Assembly (NCBI GenBank): GCA_001002285.1
Contig: LCLX01000003.1
Location: 2,560 to 66,559 of the forward strand
From: Microgenomates group bacterium GW2011_GWC1_46_15
Lineage (GTDB): Bacteria > Patescibacteriota > Microgenomatia > UBA1400 > UBA12028
Reading direction: 5' to 3'
Length of the DNA stretch: 64,000 nt
In this document: positions 9,532 to 19,534 of the stretch, piece by piece
Position numbering within the stretch: position 1 is the stretch's first letter
Layout of the letters: the number at the start of each line of letters is the position of its first letter
Position numbers and translations under genes: made by a program
The notes under the pieces: generated by a model
Databases searched by the model: none
The model's input: only the letters and a program-made list of their open reading frames with translations
Told to the model about the DNA's origin: nothing

Positions 9532-10833
9532 TCAAGAATTCCCGCTACGCGAGAGCAACTCTTTTCTTTCTATATATTTTTTCTTCCGAAGGCGTTCTGA
9601 GACGATAATTCCGCAGATTCCCGCACCCCACAGTCCTATAATAAGCCGTTCGTGTGGTGAAATAAAGAGGGATGCTAGGGGAAAACCGGCAAAAAATCGT
9701 ACACTTTGTATAAAAAAGTTAGTAGATAGATATGTTATTTGTATTGATAAATCGCTTAATAATGGAATTTTTGCGGACAAGAAAGAGAAGAATGAAACAC
9801 CCATGATGTATGGGACCGTCCACAATAAAAGCGGGTTTGCAAGGAGTCCTACCAGGCTAATTTGGCCAAAAGAGAGGACTAAAAATGGGAGCGTTCCCAT
9901 CATTGCGCAGAACGAAATAAGGCCTTGATCGCACAAAAAACGCATGGTTTTTGACGCGAATGTTTCCCGAATTTTCCTCTGGAGAATGGGCATGAGGAAC
10001 AAAATTCCTGCTGTCGCGCCAAAAGACAATTGGAAGCTCACGGAAAACAATAATAACGGATTAACTGCGAGAAAAATGAGTGAAGTGAGGACTAAAATCC
10101 ACCCTCCGTGGTACTCCCTACCTCTGGTAATCGCGAGTAACCCTACAAGCGCCATGATTGCCGCACGAAGTACGGAAACAGAAAAACCGGCGAGTGTTGT
10201 GTATAAAAGCGTGCCAATTCCGATCAACAAATACTTCATTTTTCCTTGTTTGATCAATATATATTGTAGGGATGACAAAATGACAGAAACGTTGTATCCT
10301 GAAGCTGAGACAACATGGAGAATGCCTGTTTTCCGGGCGGAATCAAGGAAGTCGGGGGAAAATGCCGTGTCAGAACCGATAAGCATGCCCGTTGCGAGGC
10401 TCGCGTGATTCGGGGGTAGGCGTGTCCTATAAAACTCGAGAAAGTTTCGCCTTATATTTGCTACTTTTTCGAGAAAATACCACACATAAAAGATACCCGA
10501 ATCCTCTCTCTTCTGTTTTATTACATAAGACTTTCCTATCAATCTAATTTTGCTATTCACCAAGTCTGTCAGAGTGTTGTGTGTTCTGCTAACGGTTCCA
10601 CGCACTATAATAGTATCCCCTATTTTAGCCTGGACTCCGCCTGGAAATCCTATAGTATAGAAAGACGAATGATATGCGAATTTTGATCTATTTTGATCTA
10701 TTTGAAAGAAGAACGTAAGAGTATGGGTCGTTTCTTCCAGATCATGCATCTGATCAGCTTGATTATATATACGCATGAAACGCAGGAATATGAAGGATGT
10801 TAACAATACTGTAAGAAGTACATATGGTGTCAT
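9532..10833 (-). CDS. comEC: ComEC/Rec2 competence channel (membrane Competence domain)
   Basis: Motifs TGILHVVSASGYNV, SVLRAAIM and SFQLSFGAT; multiple TM helices. Confidence 0.9.
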   Translation of the reverse strand: MTPYVLLTVLLTSFIFLRFMRIYNQADQMHDLEETTHTLTFFFQIDQNRSKFAYHSSFYTIGFPGGVQAKIGDTIIVRGTVSRTHNTLTDLVNSKIRLIGKSYVIKQKREDSGIFYVWYFLEKVANIRRNFLEFYRTRLPPNHASLATGMLIGSDTAFSPDFLDSARKTGILHVVSASGYNVSVILSSLQYILIKQGKMKYLLIGIGTLLYTTLAGFSVSVLRAAIMALVGLLAITRGREYHGGWILVLTSLIFLAVNPLLLFSVSFQLSFGATAGILFLMPILQRKIRETFASKTMRFLCDQGLISFCAMMGTLPFLVLSFGQISLVGLLANPLLLWTVPYIMGVSFFSFLSAKIPLLSDLSIQITYLSTNFFIQSVRFFAGFPLASLFISPHERLIIGLWGAGICGIIVSERLRKKKYIERKELLSRSGNS

Positions 10834-10877
10834 ACTAGTACAATAATTTTCACGATATCGTTGGTCAGTGAAAATAT

Positions 10878-11582
10878 TTAGAACGTAATAGAGCTTTTTA
10901 CACTCTCAGCAAGTGATGATGAAAGCCCCGAACGTTCAAGAAACTCGCTAAACGTGGCATACGGCCGACCGCTGACAATTCCCTGCGCGCGAACCTCGCC
11001 AATTCCTTTGAGTTCGGTGAGTTGCGCAAGCGTCGCGGTGTTCACGTTAACGAGCGTACTTTGCGCACTGAGTTGTTTTTCGCTGGAAACACTCTCGCCG
11101 TCAGCTTCGATACCATCCTCTCCCTCGAATGGAATAAAAATGAGCATCTCATCACGAAGTTTTTGTGCCATGTTAACGTGTCGGTCAATCCATGCGCGGT
11201 TTGCCTGGCGGAGCACACCCCCTGCAGACGCAATCGCCTCCCCCACCCTGCTTTGTTCTTCCAAAGCATATGAGCCGGGAGACTTGACAGCGCCGGTGAC
11301 AGCAACAACCACATGTTTCCTGGGCTGCGCCGAGGGTGAGGCGGCCTGGTGATCTGAAATATCGGAAATGATTGGTTGAAACGCCACATTCTCATCCTGA
11401 TTTTTCGTTTGAAAAAGGAATAGTGTGCCGAGAACAAGCGATCCTGCACCCATCGCCAACGCGCCAATAGAAATCGCGTTGAGGCGGGAACTAAAAAATT
11501 GTTTGAGTTGAGCGAGTGCTTGAGACACTGCCGGCGGAACTTCGATCTGCATATACACCATCGTATGCGACCAATCGAACAA
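10878..11582 (-). CDS. comEA: ComEA DNA receptor (TM, SLBB-like and helix-hairpin-helix domains); true start may be about 11552
   Basis: VAVTGAVKSPGSY...RVGEAIASAGG and VNVNTATLAQLTELKGIGEVRA. Confidence 0.92.
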   Translation of the reverse strand: MFDWSHTMVYMQIEVPPAVSQALAQLKQFFSSRLNAISIGALAMGAGSLVLGTLFLFQTKNQDENVAFQPIISDISDHQAASPSAQPRKHVVVAVTGAVKSPGSYALEEQSRVGEAIASAGGVLRQANRAWIDRHVNMAQKLRDEMLIFIPFEGEDGIEADGESVSSEKQLSAQSTLVNVNTATLAQLTELKGIGEVRAQGIVSGRPYATFSEFLERSGLSSSLAESVKSSITF

Positions 11583-11640
11583 TCACCTTACGAAAACCAA
11601 ATTGGGGGTATGAAAAGGGTAGACCCGACCTTCCCTTTTC
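11574..11640 (+). repeat. Dispersed repeat family 2, copy 1 (ends in a hairpin and T-run)
   Basis: ATCGAACAATCACCTTACGAAAACCAAATTGGGGGTATGAAAAGGGTAGACCCGACCTTCCCTTTT is similar to the reverse complement of 40858-40923. Confidence 0.7.
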
Positions 11641-11644
11641 CGAC

Positions 11645-14146
11645 TTACTTTTCTTCGAGGACAAAGTTCACGAGTTTTCCGGGAACGACAACGGTATTCT
11701 TTACCGATCCCGCTTTAAGTAACTCCGCGACTTTTTCAAGCCCTTTGGCGGCCTCAGCGACACGCGTTTTATCCATTGCCTCGTTTGCATCTATTGTGAA
11801 TCTTCCGCGAAGCTTTCCATTTACTTGCACAATAATCTCCACTGTTTTTTCCACCAGGAGATTTTGCTGATATGTGGGCCATGACGACGTGTGGATAGAA
11901 GTAAATGATTTTTTACCTTTACTGCCACCGCCAATGAACTCTTGATAGATTTCTTCAGCCATAAACGGCATGAATGGCGCAAACAACTTGAGAAACTGTT
12001 CAGCATCTTTTTTCTCCATCGCTTCCCCATCTTCACTCCACACATTCGCGCACTCCATGAGCATGGCGATTGATGTGTTAAACCGGAACGCCGCCATGTC
12101 TTCTGTGCATTTTTTTATTGTTCGCTGAAGTTTGACTAATAAATTTTGTGTGGTTGGTTTTGTAGTATCAACTTTTGTGCGGACTTTTGTATGGAATAGC
12201 CGCCATATTTTTTGCTGCCACCGGTACATGCCGGAAATTCCCGCATCACGAAAGTCACCGCCTTGGTCGTATGGTCCAAGGAACATAAGATAGGTACGCA
12301 GCGCATCTGCGCTAAATTTTTCAATGTACTCGTCCGGGTTTACGACGTTGCCCTTTGACTTACTCATTTTTGCGCCGTCTTTAATGATGAGGCCGTGGCC
12401 AAACAAAAATGGGAACGGCTCATCAAAATCGAGATACTTCCAGTCCTTGAGCGCCATCGTAACAAACCGTGCATAGAGGAGGTGCAAGACCGCATGTTCG
12501 GCGCCACCAATATACGCGTTTACCGGTAGCCAGGTTTTGATACGGGCGGAATCAAACGGCTTGTCTTTCGTATGTACACTTGGGTATCGCAAAAAATACC
12601 AACTGGAATCGAGGAACGTATCAGATACATCGGTTTCGCGTTTTGCTTTTTTGCCACATTTGGGACATGGCGTGTAGAGCCAAGACTCTGGCGCACGTTC
12701 GAGCGGCGACTTGCCATCACCGGTTGGCTTGTAGTCTTTTACAAATGGCAACTCGATTGGAAGCTGATCTTCGGGAACCGGTTGCCAGCCACACTCGGCA
12801 CACTCCACCATTGGGATCGGCGGACCCCAATAGCGCTGGCGGGAAATCAGCCAATCGCGAAGGTGATATGTGGTGCGTTCACGTCCAAATTTTTTTCGGA
12901 TCATCCACTGTTTCATGTTTTCTTTGCCCTCACCCCAAGCAGAAAGTTTCGAAAACTCACCAGAGTTGATGAGAACTCCCTTGCCCTCAAACGCTTTTTC
13001 ACCGCGTGCTACCGCGGTGTTTATAGTGGCGTCGTCGTAGGATACAACCTGTTTAAGCGGCAAACTGTATTTTTTTGCAAACGCAAAGTCGCGAAGGTCA
13101 TGGCTTGGAACACCCATCACCGCGCCGGTCCCAACGTCTTTCAATACATAATCAGCAATCCAAATCGGAATTTTTTCGTTGGTTGCGGGATTGATTGCAT
13201 ATGCTCCGGTAAACACGCCGGTTTTGTCTTTTTCATCAATCTTGCGCTGTTGTTCCGTTTTATGCAGCGCTTTTTTGATGTACGCGCGCACCTCGGTTTT
13301 GTGCGTTTCATCGGCACATGATTCAACATGAGGATACTCGGGTGCTAACACAAGATATGTGATACCAAACATCGTTTCCCAAAACTTGGTCCAAACGGAA
13401 ATGATTTCTTTTTTCCCATCATGTGTTGTACCGTCTAGCTTGAAATCAATTTCCAGTCCTGTTTGCCTGCCGATCCACTGCCGTTGCGCGTTTTTGATTT
13501 TTTCTGGCCACTTAATTTTTTCGATGTTGGCCAAAAGTTGATCGGCGTACTTCGTGATGCGAAAAAACCATTGCTTTGCTTCTCTGCGCTCCACCGATGT
13601 TTTGCACCGTTCACACACTCCGTCTTCAACTTGCTCGTCGGCCAACACTGTTTTGCACGAAGGGCACCAGTTCACCAACGACGATGCCTTGTATGCCAAA
13701 CCGTTTTTAAACATCTGCACAAACAGCCATTGCGTCCATGTGTAGTACTCGGGATCGTATGTTTCGAGCCGCTCATCCCATGAAAAACCACTTCCAATTG
13801 CGCCAAGTTGACGGTAAAAATTTTCCTGTGATTTTTTTGCTTGTTCGACCGGATGCACGCCGATTTTGATCGCGTAGTTTTCCGAGTGAATACCAAACCC
13901 GTCTAAACCAATGGGTTCAAACACATCTTTGCCTTGCATGCGTTGGTAGCGTCCGTAAATATCCGCGCCGGAAAATGCGTACATATTGCCCACGTGCAGA
14001 CCTTCCGCGGAAGGATACGGGAACATCATGAGGTTATAGAATGGCGAGTTTGGATGATCGAGGTTGGGCTCATAGACGCGGTGCTTGCGCCAGGCTTCCG
14101 CCCACTGTTTTTCTGCTGAATGATGATCGTATGCACTTGCGTCCAT
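11645..14146 (-). CDS. leuS: Leucine--tRNA ligase
   Basis: MFPYPSAEGLHVGN, DWLISRQRYWG, DTFLDSSWY, GGAEHAVLHLLYARF and KMSKS. Leaderless TACAAT lies 7 nt upstream. Confidence 0.98.
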   Translation of the reverse strand: MDASAYDHHSAEKQWAEAWRKHRVYEPNLDHPNSPFYNLMMFPYPSAEGLHVGNMYAFSGADIYGRYQRMQGKDVFEPIGLDGFGIHSENYAIKIGVHPVEQAKKSQENFYRQLGAIGSGFSWDERLETYDPEYYTWTQWLFVQMFKNGLAYKASSLVNWCPSCKTVLADEQVEDGVCERCKTSVERREAKQWFFRITKYADQLLANIEKIKWPEKIKNAQRQWIGRQTGLEIDFKLDGTTHDGKKEIISVWTKFWETMFGITYLVLAPEYPHVESCADETHKTEVRAYIKKALHKTEQQRKIDEKDKTGVFTGAYAINPATNEKIPIWIADYVLKDVGTGAVMGVPSHDLRDFAFAKKYSLPLKQVVSYDDATINTAVARGEKAFEGKGVLINSGEFSKLSAWGEGKENMKQWMIRKKFGRERTTYHLRDWLISRQRYWGPPIPMVECAECGWQPVPEDQLPIELPFVKDYKPTGDGKSPLERAPESWLYTPCPKCGKKAKRETDVSDTFLDSSWYFLRYPSVHTKDKPFDSARIKTWLPVNAYIGGAEHAVLHLLYARFVTMALKDWKYLDFDEPFPFLFGHGLIIKDGAKMSKSKGNVVNPDEYIEKFSADALRTYLMFLGPYDQGGDFRDAGISGMYRWQQKIWRLFHTKVRTKVDTTKPTTQNLLVKLQRTIKKCTEDMAAFRFNTSIAMLMECANVWSEDGEAMEKKDAEQFLKLFAPFMPFMAEEIYQEFIGGGSKGKKSFTSIHTSSWPTYQQNLLVEKTVEIIVQVNGKLRGRFTIDANEAMDKTRVAEAAKGLEKVAELLKAGSVKNTVVVPGKLVNFVLEEK

Positions 14147-14161
14147 ACGGAGTATTGTACT

Positions 14162-14313
14162 AAAGATCGGGACTTAAAGGAAACTAAAGCCACACAATGA
14201 TGTATCGGCCTTTATGCCAGTTATACATTAAATTTCCACTGGCGCCCTATATGGGTAGATCGGGACTTAGCCAAGAGCCAATTATGCTTACCCAAGTGGT
14301 AAGTCCCGAACTT
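14162..14313 (+). repeat. Dispersed intergenic palindromic repeat family 1, copy A
   Basis: AAAGATCGGGACTTAAAGGAAACTAA...CCCTATATGGGTAGATCGGGACTTAGCCAAGAGCC.ATTATGCTTAC.CAAGTG...AGTCCCGAACTT; nearly identical blocks at 22792 and 54612. Confidence 0.9.
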
Positions 14314-14334
14314 AGTTCGTGCTACACTAGTTTT

Positions 14335-15060
14335 ATGTCAGTTTCTGCCCAAGTTCTCAGCGTTATTTCCGCAGGCATTCTTAGTTTTGTCTGGGTGCGC
14401 ACGCCCGCGCTTCATCCGTATTCTCTACAACTTGTAGCCACGCTTGTACTTCTTTATTTTTGGGTCAAGTATGCGGCAAAGAAAAAACTTCACCACATAC
14501 TTCCCAATGCGTTGAGTTTTGAAACAAGTATTTTAGCCGCAGCGCTTTTGCTTGTTATAGGCTACACTGGCGGGACCGCGTCGCTTTTTTTACCGCTCCT
14601 TCACTTTTTGCTTTTTCTTTCACTTTTTACACTCGATGCGGCATCGCTCATTACGCTCGGGCTTACTATTCCATTTTTTTTGTGGTCGGTTGAGGGCGGT
14701 GGACTGACAAGTGGAGGGATGGGTGGACCTTTAGGAAATGGATCGCTTAGTACGCATACCATTGCAACGCTTCTTTCTTTCCCCGCGCTTCTGCCATTAT
14801 TGCTGTTTGCAAAAACGCAATACCAAGAACGGCTCGCGGAAAAACATACATTGCGAGTACGCGGTGATCAAAAAATTGACATGACGATGTTTATCACAAC
14901 ATTTCTAAAACCAAAACTGTATACAATGTTTCAGCTGAGTTCCTATCCCGCAGAAAATAAAGAAAATATTCAAAAACAAATCCGTGTGATTTTGGAACAA
15001 ACAGAGTTGATGATCGGTGAGGTAAAAGATGATGGCGATGAAAAAATTCATGAAAAATAA
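14335..15060 (+). CDS. Multi-pass membrane protein of unknown function
   Basis: About 6 TM helices plus a helical C-terminal tail. Start moved to ATG 14335 (TACACT 6 nt upstream) because the longer ORF only runs through the repeat. Confidence 0.75.
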   Translation: MSVSAQVLSVISAGILSFVWVRTPALHPYSLQLVATLVLLYFWVKYAAKKKLHHILPNALSFETSILAAALLLVIGYTGGTASLFLPLLHFLLFLSLFTLDAASLITLGLTIPFFLWSVEGGGLTSGGMGGPLGNGSLSTHTIATLLSFPALLPLLLFAKTQYQERLAEKHTLRVRGDQKIDMTMFITTFLKPKLYTMFQLSSYPAENKENIQKQIRVILEQTELMIGEVKDDGDEKIHEK

Positions 15061-15790
15061 AAAATTCGCGACTGTTTTTCCTATAGCCGTAGCGCTTTTT
15101 TTTGGAGCTATGTTTTTAATGATCCCCAAAGCGCATGGATTTATGTCGTCTGCGGATTACATGATTCAGTTTGGCAATATCAACATGACTTCAGGAACTA
15201 AAACTGGTGGCCCATATAAAATAACGGACACGGTTGGGCAAACCGCTCCGGGAAGATATGGAACAACGGGATATTTAGTGCGGGCAGGGTTCCAGTACAT
15301 TTATACAATCGGCACATTTTCGTTTTCACTCTCGAACTACCGCATTGATTTTGGCCTCCTCAGTACGAACACGTTTGCGACCGCGACCACCGGCGTTACA
15401 GTTTCGGCAAAAGGGGCCGGCGGATACATCGTAACTGCATACGAAAATGCGCCACTAACAAAACTTGGGACGGCTGCAACTATTCCAAACACAACGTGTA
15501 ACTCTGGGAGTTGTACATATGGAACGGTCGGCGTGTGGACAGACGCGACAAAAAATGGATTTGGGTACACTCTTTCGGGCAACGATATTCCCGCAGCGTT
15601 TGTGGACACAACATACTTCAAACCGTTTGCAGATTTCTCACAAAATCAGCCAGGCCAAGTTATTATGAGTAACGCGGCCTCGGGGAAAAATAGATACGCG
15701 GTGGTTACGTACAAAATTTCGGTATCGGGCTCACAGGCCGCGGGCGATTATGAAAACCACATTGTATACATTGCAACGCCGGGGTATTAA
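15029..15790 (+). CDS. Secreted WxL-like beta-sandwich surface protein
   Basis: Signal peptide, IDFG, GGY.VTA, GFGY, and C-terminus SQAAGDYENHIVYIATPGY; paralogous to the C-terminal domain of 16903..18381. Confidence 0.65.
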   Translation: MMAMKKFMKNKKFATVFPIAVALFFGAMFLMIPKAHGFMSSADYMIQFGNINMTSGTKTGGPYKITDTVGQTAPGRYGTTGYLVRAGFQYIYTIGTFSFSLSNYRIDFGLLSTNTFATATTGVTVSAKGAGGYIVTAYENAPLTKLGTAATIPNTTCNSGSCTYGTVGVWTDATKNGFGYTLSGNDIPAAFVDTTYFKPFADFSQNQPGQVIMSNAASGKNRYAVVTYKISVSGSQAAGDYENHIVYIATPGY

Positions 15791-15794
15791 ACGT

Positions 15795-16805
15795 ATGAAA
15801 CATCTACAAAAAATTCTTTGTGCAATAGTTCTCGCACTTTTTTTTGGATTTTTCTCATTCGCAACTCCATCTTTTTCATCCTTCTCTTCAATCGCTCACG
15901 CGCAAACACTGCCGGAAATTTCGCTGTCCATTTCCCCACCACACGCTGAGATACTCCTTCAGCCGGGAAAAAGTATTGTACAGGCGTTCAATATTAAAAA
16001 TACTGGAAGCGCGGATCTCGAAGTAACACCATTCCTCGCAGACTTTACGGTTGATAGTACTGGAACTCCAACCGTTCATATTGAAAAACCTTCAAGTTTT
16101 CTGTTTGCAACACTTCAAAACTTGGACAAAACGCTGGGTGTGCCGTTTGTGCTTTCTGCTGGAAAATCAGATCAACTTGTTTTGCGAATTCACATTCCGG
16201 AAACTTCGCAGGAGCGCGATTATTATCAAACGCTTGTCCTCCAAGCCAAGCCTTCTTCACTCACCATGCTTACTCAGACAACAAACTCGCAGTCGCTCGC
16301 AAACGTTGGTGTGCATATGCTGATTTCTATTTCAAAAACCGGCGCTGACTTGGGTGAACTCACTATCGAAAAACTCATCAAACCTTTTATACTTGATTCA
16401 TTCATGCCATTGCGTCTCCAGATTTTTGCAAAAAATACCGGAAAAACGTACACCAAAGCGCAGGGCGAGGTTACAATCCGCTCACTTATTACCAATAGAA
16501 TAGTTACAGTGTTTCCAATCCTACGGGAGAATGTATTGGCGGGCGGAGTGCGCGAACTTCATGCCGCAATAAAAGATCCCGACGATGAAAAAAGTTCGAT
16601 CGCAGACGTTTTTATATATCATCCACTCTTTTTATTTGGACCATATGAAATCCGTATTGACGTTCACGCGGAAAATCAGCAACCTTCTCCCGTTGTTTTC
16701 CATGTGTGGGCGTTGCCATTTACATTGTTTGCGGTTGGTGGAATGGGATACGCTATCTTGTTGTGGAAGAGAAAACGAGAGAGAAAATTTGAAGAAAATT
16801 TATAG
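15795..16805 (+). CDS. DUF916/WxL-interacting-like (PapD-chaperone-like Ig folds) protein with C-terminal TM anchor
   Basis: Signal peptide; ISPP...L.PG...IKNTG; NTGKTY..AQG; ENVLAGGVRE; FGPY; C-terminal TM followed by basic residues. Confidence 0.65.
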   Translation: MKHLQKILCAIVLALFFGFFSFATPSFSSFSSIAHAQTLPEISLSISPPHAEILLQPGKSIVQAFNIKNTGSADLEVTPFLADFTVDSTGTPTVHIEKPSSFLFATLQNLDKTLGVPFVLSAGKSDQLVLRIHIPETSQERDYYQTLVLQAKPSSLTMLTQTTNSQSLANVGVHMLISISKTGADLGELTIEKLIKPFILDSFMPLRLQIFAKNTGKTYTKAQGEVTIRSLITNRIVTVFPILRENVLAGGVRELHAAIKDPDDEKSSIADVFIYHPLFLFGPYEIRIDVHAENQQPSPVVFHVWALPFTLFAVGGMGYAILLWKRKRERKFEENL

Positions 16806-16853
16806 TAGTGTATGTACGCTCTCATGGAATGAGAATGTTCTCTAAGATGAGTA

Positions 16854-16902
16854 TTGACATTACGATGGGGGGGGGGTAAAAATTGATAGTAGAGTTATAT
16901 AC
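16854..16902 (+). promoter_or_regulatory. Promoter region containing a G10 homopolymer
   Basis: TTGACA at 16854-16859, G10 at 16867-16876, TAAAAAT at 16877; an alternative -10 TAGAGT lies 7 nt before ATG 16903. Confidence 0.5.
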
Positions 16903-18381
16903 ATGAATATACGTATTGCATCGCTGCCGAAGCTTCTTGTTGTTGGTCTTTTTTCTGTTGTGGTTTTTGTCTTTTCACCTAGTATGTTTCGGAACGAAGC
17001 GGCAAACCTCACGAGTGTTTCTGACATGCTTTCCAGTTCCCGCCTTTCGTTCTATGGTCTCATGTGGACTGGCAACACGGTTGGCGCAACGCTTATTACG
17101 ATCAACACGACCACTGCCCCATCAACAAGCTCCAGCCAACTCGCATCGCCTTCTGCAAGCACGGCGATAAAAATTGGTACACATCATAACTATACGCTTG
17201 ATAAAATCATGCAGAATGAAAACGAGGCGTTATTCAGTGTCACCTCTGGCCAAACACTGCAAACCGGTGACCAAACCGCAGGCGTTCCAATCATCGCCAC
17301 ACAGTCTGCATCACATACGGTGAAGTTTACAACAGCAACAGCTGTACCAAACGGCTCAATCCGCGTTTTGGTTCAGGCGACAACAAATGTGGGCTCGTCT
17401 AATGATGGCATTCCCGATGGAGACGGTTTTGACTTTAAAACAACGGCACCAACCGTGTCCTGTCCAACGGATGTAAGTTCAACAATGGACTTTGTCGCCG
17501 GCACTGCAAGCGCGGCAGCCGTAACAATCAACTCCGTGAAGTACCACGTGTTTGAGTGCCGATACTCGGGCGCGGGAAACGCTGCACAAAGCTTCCAGTC
17601 TAATCCCATTGTTGTTACTTCACTCATCAACCCCGCTCCAAAAAGCGGACACGCGGTGGGAACAGCAGATGCATACAAAGTAATTGTACAAAACATGGAC
17701 TCAACCTACACGATGGTTGATCAAACAACGGCACAAATCGGTGTCATTGAGTCGGTCCGTGTAAGCGCAACGGTTGCTCCGCAAATTACGTTTAAAATCG
17801 CGGGAATTCCCTCCGGAGCATTGGGAAACAACGCGTGCGGATCAAACACATCCGTAACAACAACGGCAACTACCGTTCCGTTTGGCGAAGTCGCAATCAG
17901 TTCGTTTAGTTATGCCGCCCAATCGCTTGAGGTTTCAACAAACGCCGTGGGCGGATATGTAGTTACGGCCCATCAAAATGACAATCTTGGAAAGGGTGGT
18001 AAAGCATGCGCGGACGGATCGTTCCCGGTAGACTGCATTGTAGACACCACGGGAAACGGCGCAAACATCACGTACGGAACAAAGGGGCGGTGGGACAGCA
18101 CAACATACAAAGGCTTTGGGTATTCGTTAAAGAAAATTACCAGTACCGGAACCGCGGCGTTCGAATACGGCGACACCGATGGAAACTGTGTTGGTGGAAC
18201 GTTCTGCGCAAAGCAGTTTGCCGATCTCGAAAACTCAGAACCCTCGCAAACCATTTTTTCCTCCTCAACCGTTGCGGACTCGGAGAATATTGACGTGTGT
18301 TACAAAATCGTGATCAGCAATACACAAGCTGCCGGAGATTACGAAAACCACGTTGTGTACACGGCAACCGCAACATTTTAG
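16903..18381 (+). CDS. Large secreted Ser/Thr-rich WxL-like surface protein
   Basis: Signal peptide; VRVSATVAPQITF, VPFG, VSTNAVGGYVVT, GFGYS; ends TQAAGDYENHVVYTATATF. Confidence 0.7.
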   Translation: MNIRIASLPKLLVVGLFSVVVFVFSPSMFRNEAANLTSVSDMLSSSRLSFYGLMWTGNTVGATLITINTTTAPSTSSSQLASPSASTAIKIGTHHNYTLDKIMQNENEALFSVTSGQTLQTGDQTAGVPIIATQSASHTVKFTTATAVPNGSIRVLVQATTNVGSSNDGIPDGDGFDFKTTAPTVSCPTDVSSTMDFVAGTASAAAVTINSVKYHVFECRYSGAGNAAQSFQSNPIVVTSLINPAPKSGHAVGTADAYKVIVQNMDSTYTMVDQTTAQIGVIESVRVSATVAPQITFKIAGIPSGALGNNACGSNTSVTTTATTVPFGEVAISSFSYAAQSLEVSTNAVGGYVVTAHQNDNLGKGGKACADGSFPVDCIVDTTGNGANITYGTKGRWDSTTYKGFGYSLKKITSTGTAAFEYGDTDGNCVGGTFCAKQFADLENSEPSQTIFSSSTVADSENIDVCYKIVISNTQAAGDYENHVVYTATATF

Positions 18382-18433
18382 GAACAACACTATATTGTAT
18401 TAAGATAAAGATAAGAAAATAGAAGAAAGTGTT

Positions 18434-19495
18434 ATGAAAAAAATCCTGCCCATCATCCTCCCGCTTTTGCTTGTCGTCTTTTTGATTGGATCGCGCCATT
18501 CATTTTCATTCGCCGCGGATAATACTCAACCGTCGCCAGAGATAAATCTGGCCGATTTTAACAGTGTTGTACTCATGGCTATTCCCCCACGCACCGAGAA
18601 TCTACACGCAAAACCTGGCGAAACAATCCAAACAACCGTGCGGCTCCGCAATGTTTCCCAGCAAACACAGCGCATCGTTACAGAAACTACCGATTACGTG
18701 ATCGGCGCAGATGGCAAAACGCCCGTGCCAATTACCCAACAAGAAGCCGCTCCGCTCCGGTGGAGTTTGGCATCGTGGATGACTGTTTCCCCCACACAAA
18801 CAACGCTCGCACCCAATCAAATCGGCCAGTTTGATGTTGTGATTCAAGTACCAAAAAACGCACTGCCCGGCGGGCATTACGCGGTCATTCTGCACACCGT
18901 TGCCAACGGACAAAACGGTGGGAAAAACGGACAACCCATCCAAACTCAGGGCACTTCCGCAGTCAGTCCCAAAGTTGGTACGCTTGTGTATGTAACAGTT
19001 GAAGGAGATATCCACGAAGAAGCGTTTATCCGTAGTTTCACCGCTCCAAGCTGGGTTGAGTTTGGACCGGTTCCTTTTACATACAAAGTGGAGAATCTCT
19101 CTGATGTTCATATCACACCACAAGCGTCAATCGTGGTAAAAAATCTATTTGGCGGAGTTGTAGACACGATTGCTGTTGAGCAACTCAACATTTTTCCGTA
19201 CTCCACGCGCGAGTTCACCACAACGTTGGATAAAATATGGGGGTTCGGACCGTACCGTGCATTCTTGACTGTTCCATATGGCACCAGTGGGAAAATGGTC
19301 CGCGCTTCACTCATGTTCTGGATGATTCCATATAAGCTGATTCTTGCCGCACTTGTTGTTCTGGCAGCTCTGCTTGCAATTGGAATCGCAGTACGCCGGC
19401 ACATTGAACACCGCAATAACCTCAGCACAAAACGCATTGAAGTGCTCGAAGAACGTATTAAGGAACTCGAAAACGAAAAACTCAGTGAAAAATAG
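18434..19495 (+). CDS. DUF916/DUF3324-like (WxL-interacting) protein with C-terminal TM anchor
   Basis: PPR....PGE....V.LRN, LASWM, VPKNALPGGHYAVI, EN.SDVH, GFGPY; C-terminal TM plus coiled coil. Confidence 0.75.
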   Translation: MKKILPIILPLLLVVFLIGSRHSFSFAADNTQPSPEINLADFNSVVLMAIPPRTENLHAKPGETIQTTVRLRNVSQQTQRIVTETTDYVIGADGKTPVPITQQEAAPLRWSLASWMTVSPTQTTLAPNQIGQFDVVIQVPKNALPGGHYAVILHTVANGQNGGKNGQPIQTQGTSAVSPKVGTLVYVTVEGDIHEEAFIRSFTAPSWVEFGPVPFTYKVENLSDVHITPQASIVVKNLFGGVVDTIAVEQLNIFPYSTREFTTTLDKIWGFGPYRAFLTVPYGTSGKMVRASLMFWMIPYKLILAALVVLAALLAIGIAVRRHIEHRNNLSTKRIEVLEERIKELENEKLSEK

Positions 19496-19534
19496 TTTGC
19501 GCGGCATCCTCCACAACCGTGTATGATAAAACGT

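Noticed and set aside
14197-14334. ORF segments sharing the peptide MGRSGLSQE (14197 N-terminus, 22891..23190, 54500..54682)
   Set aside because: They are translations of the non-coding family-1 repeat. The sequences diverge outside it, and a better start exists at 14335.
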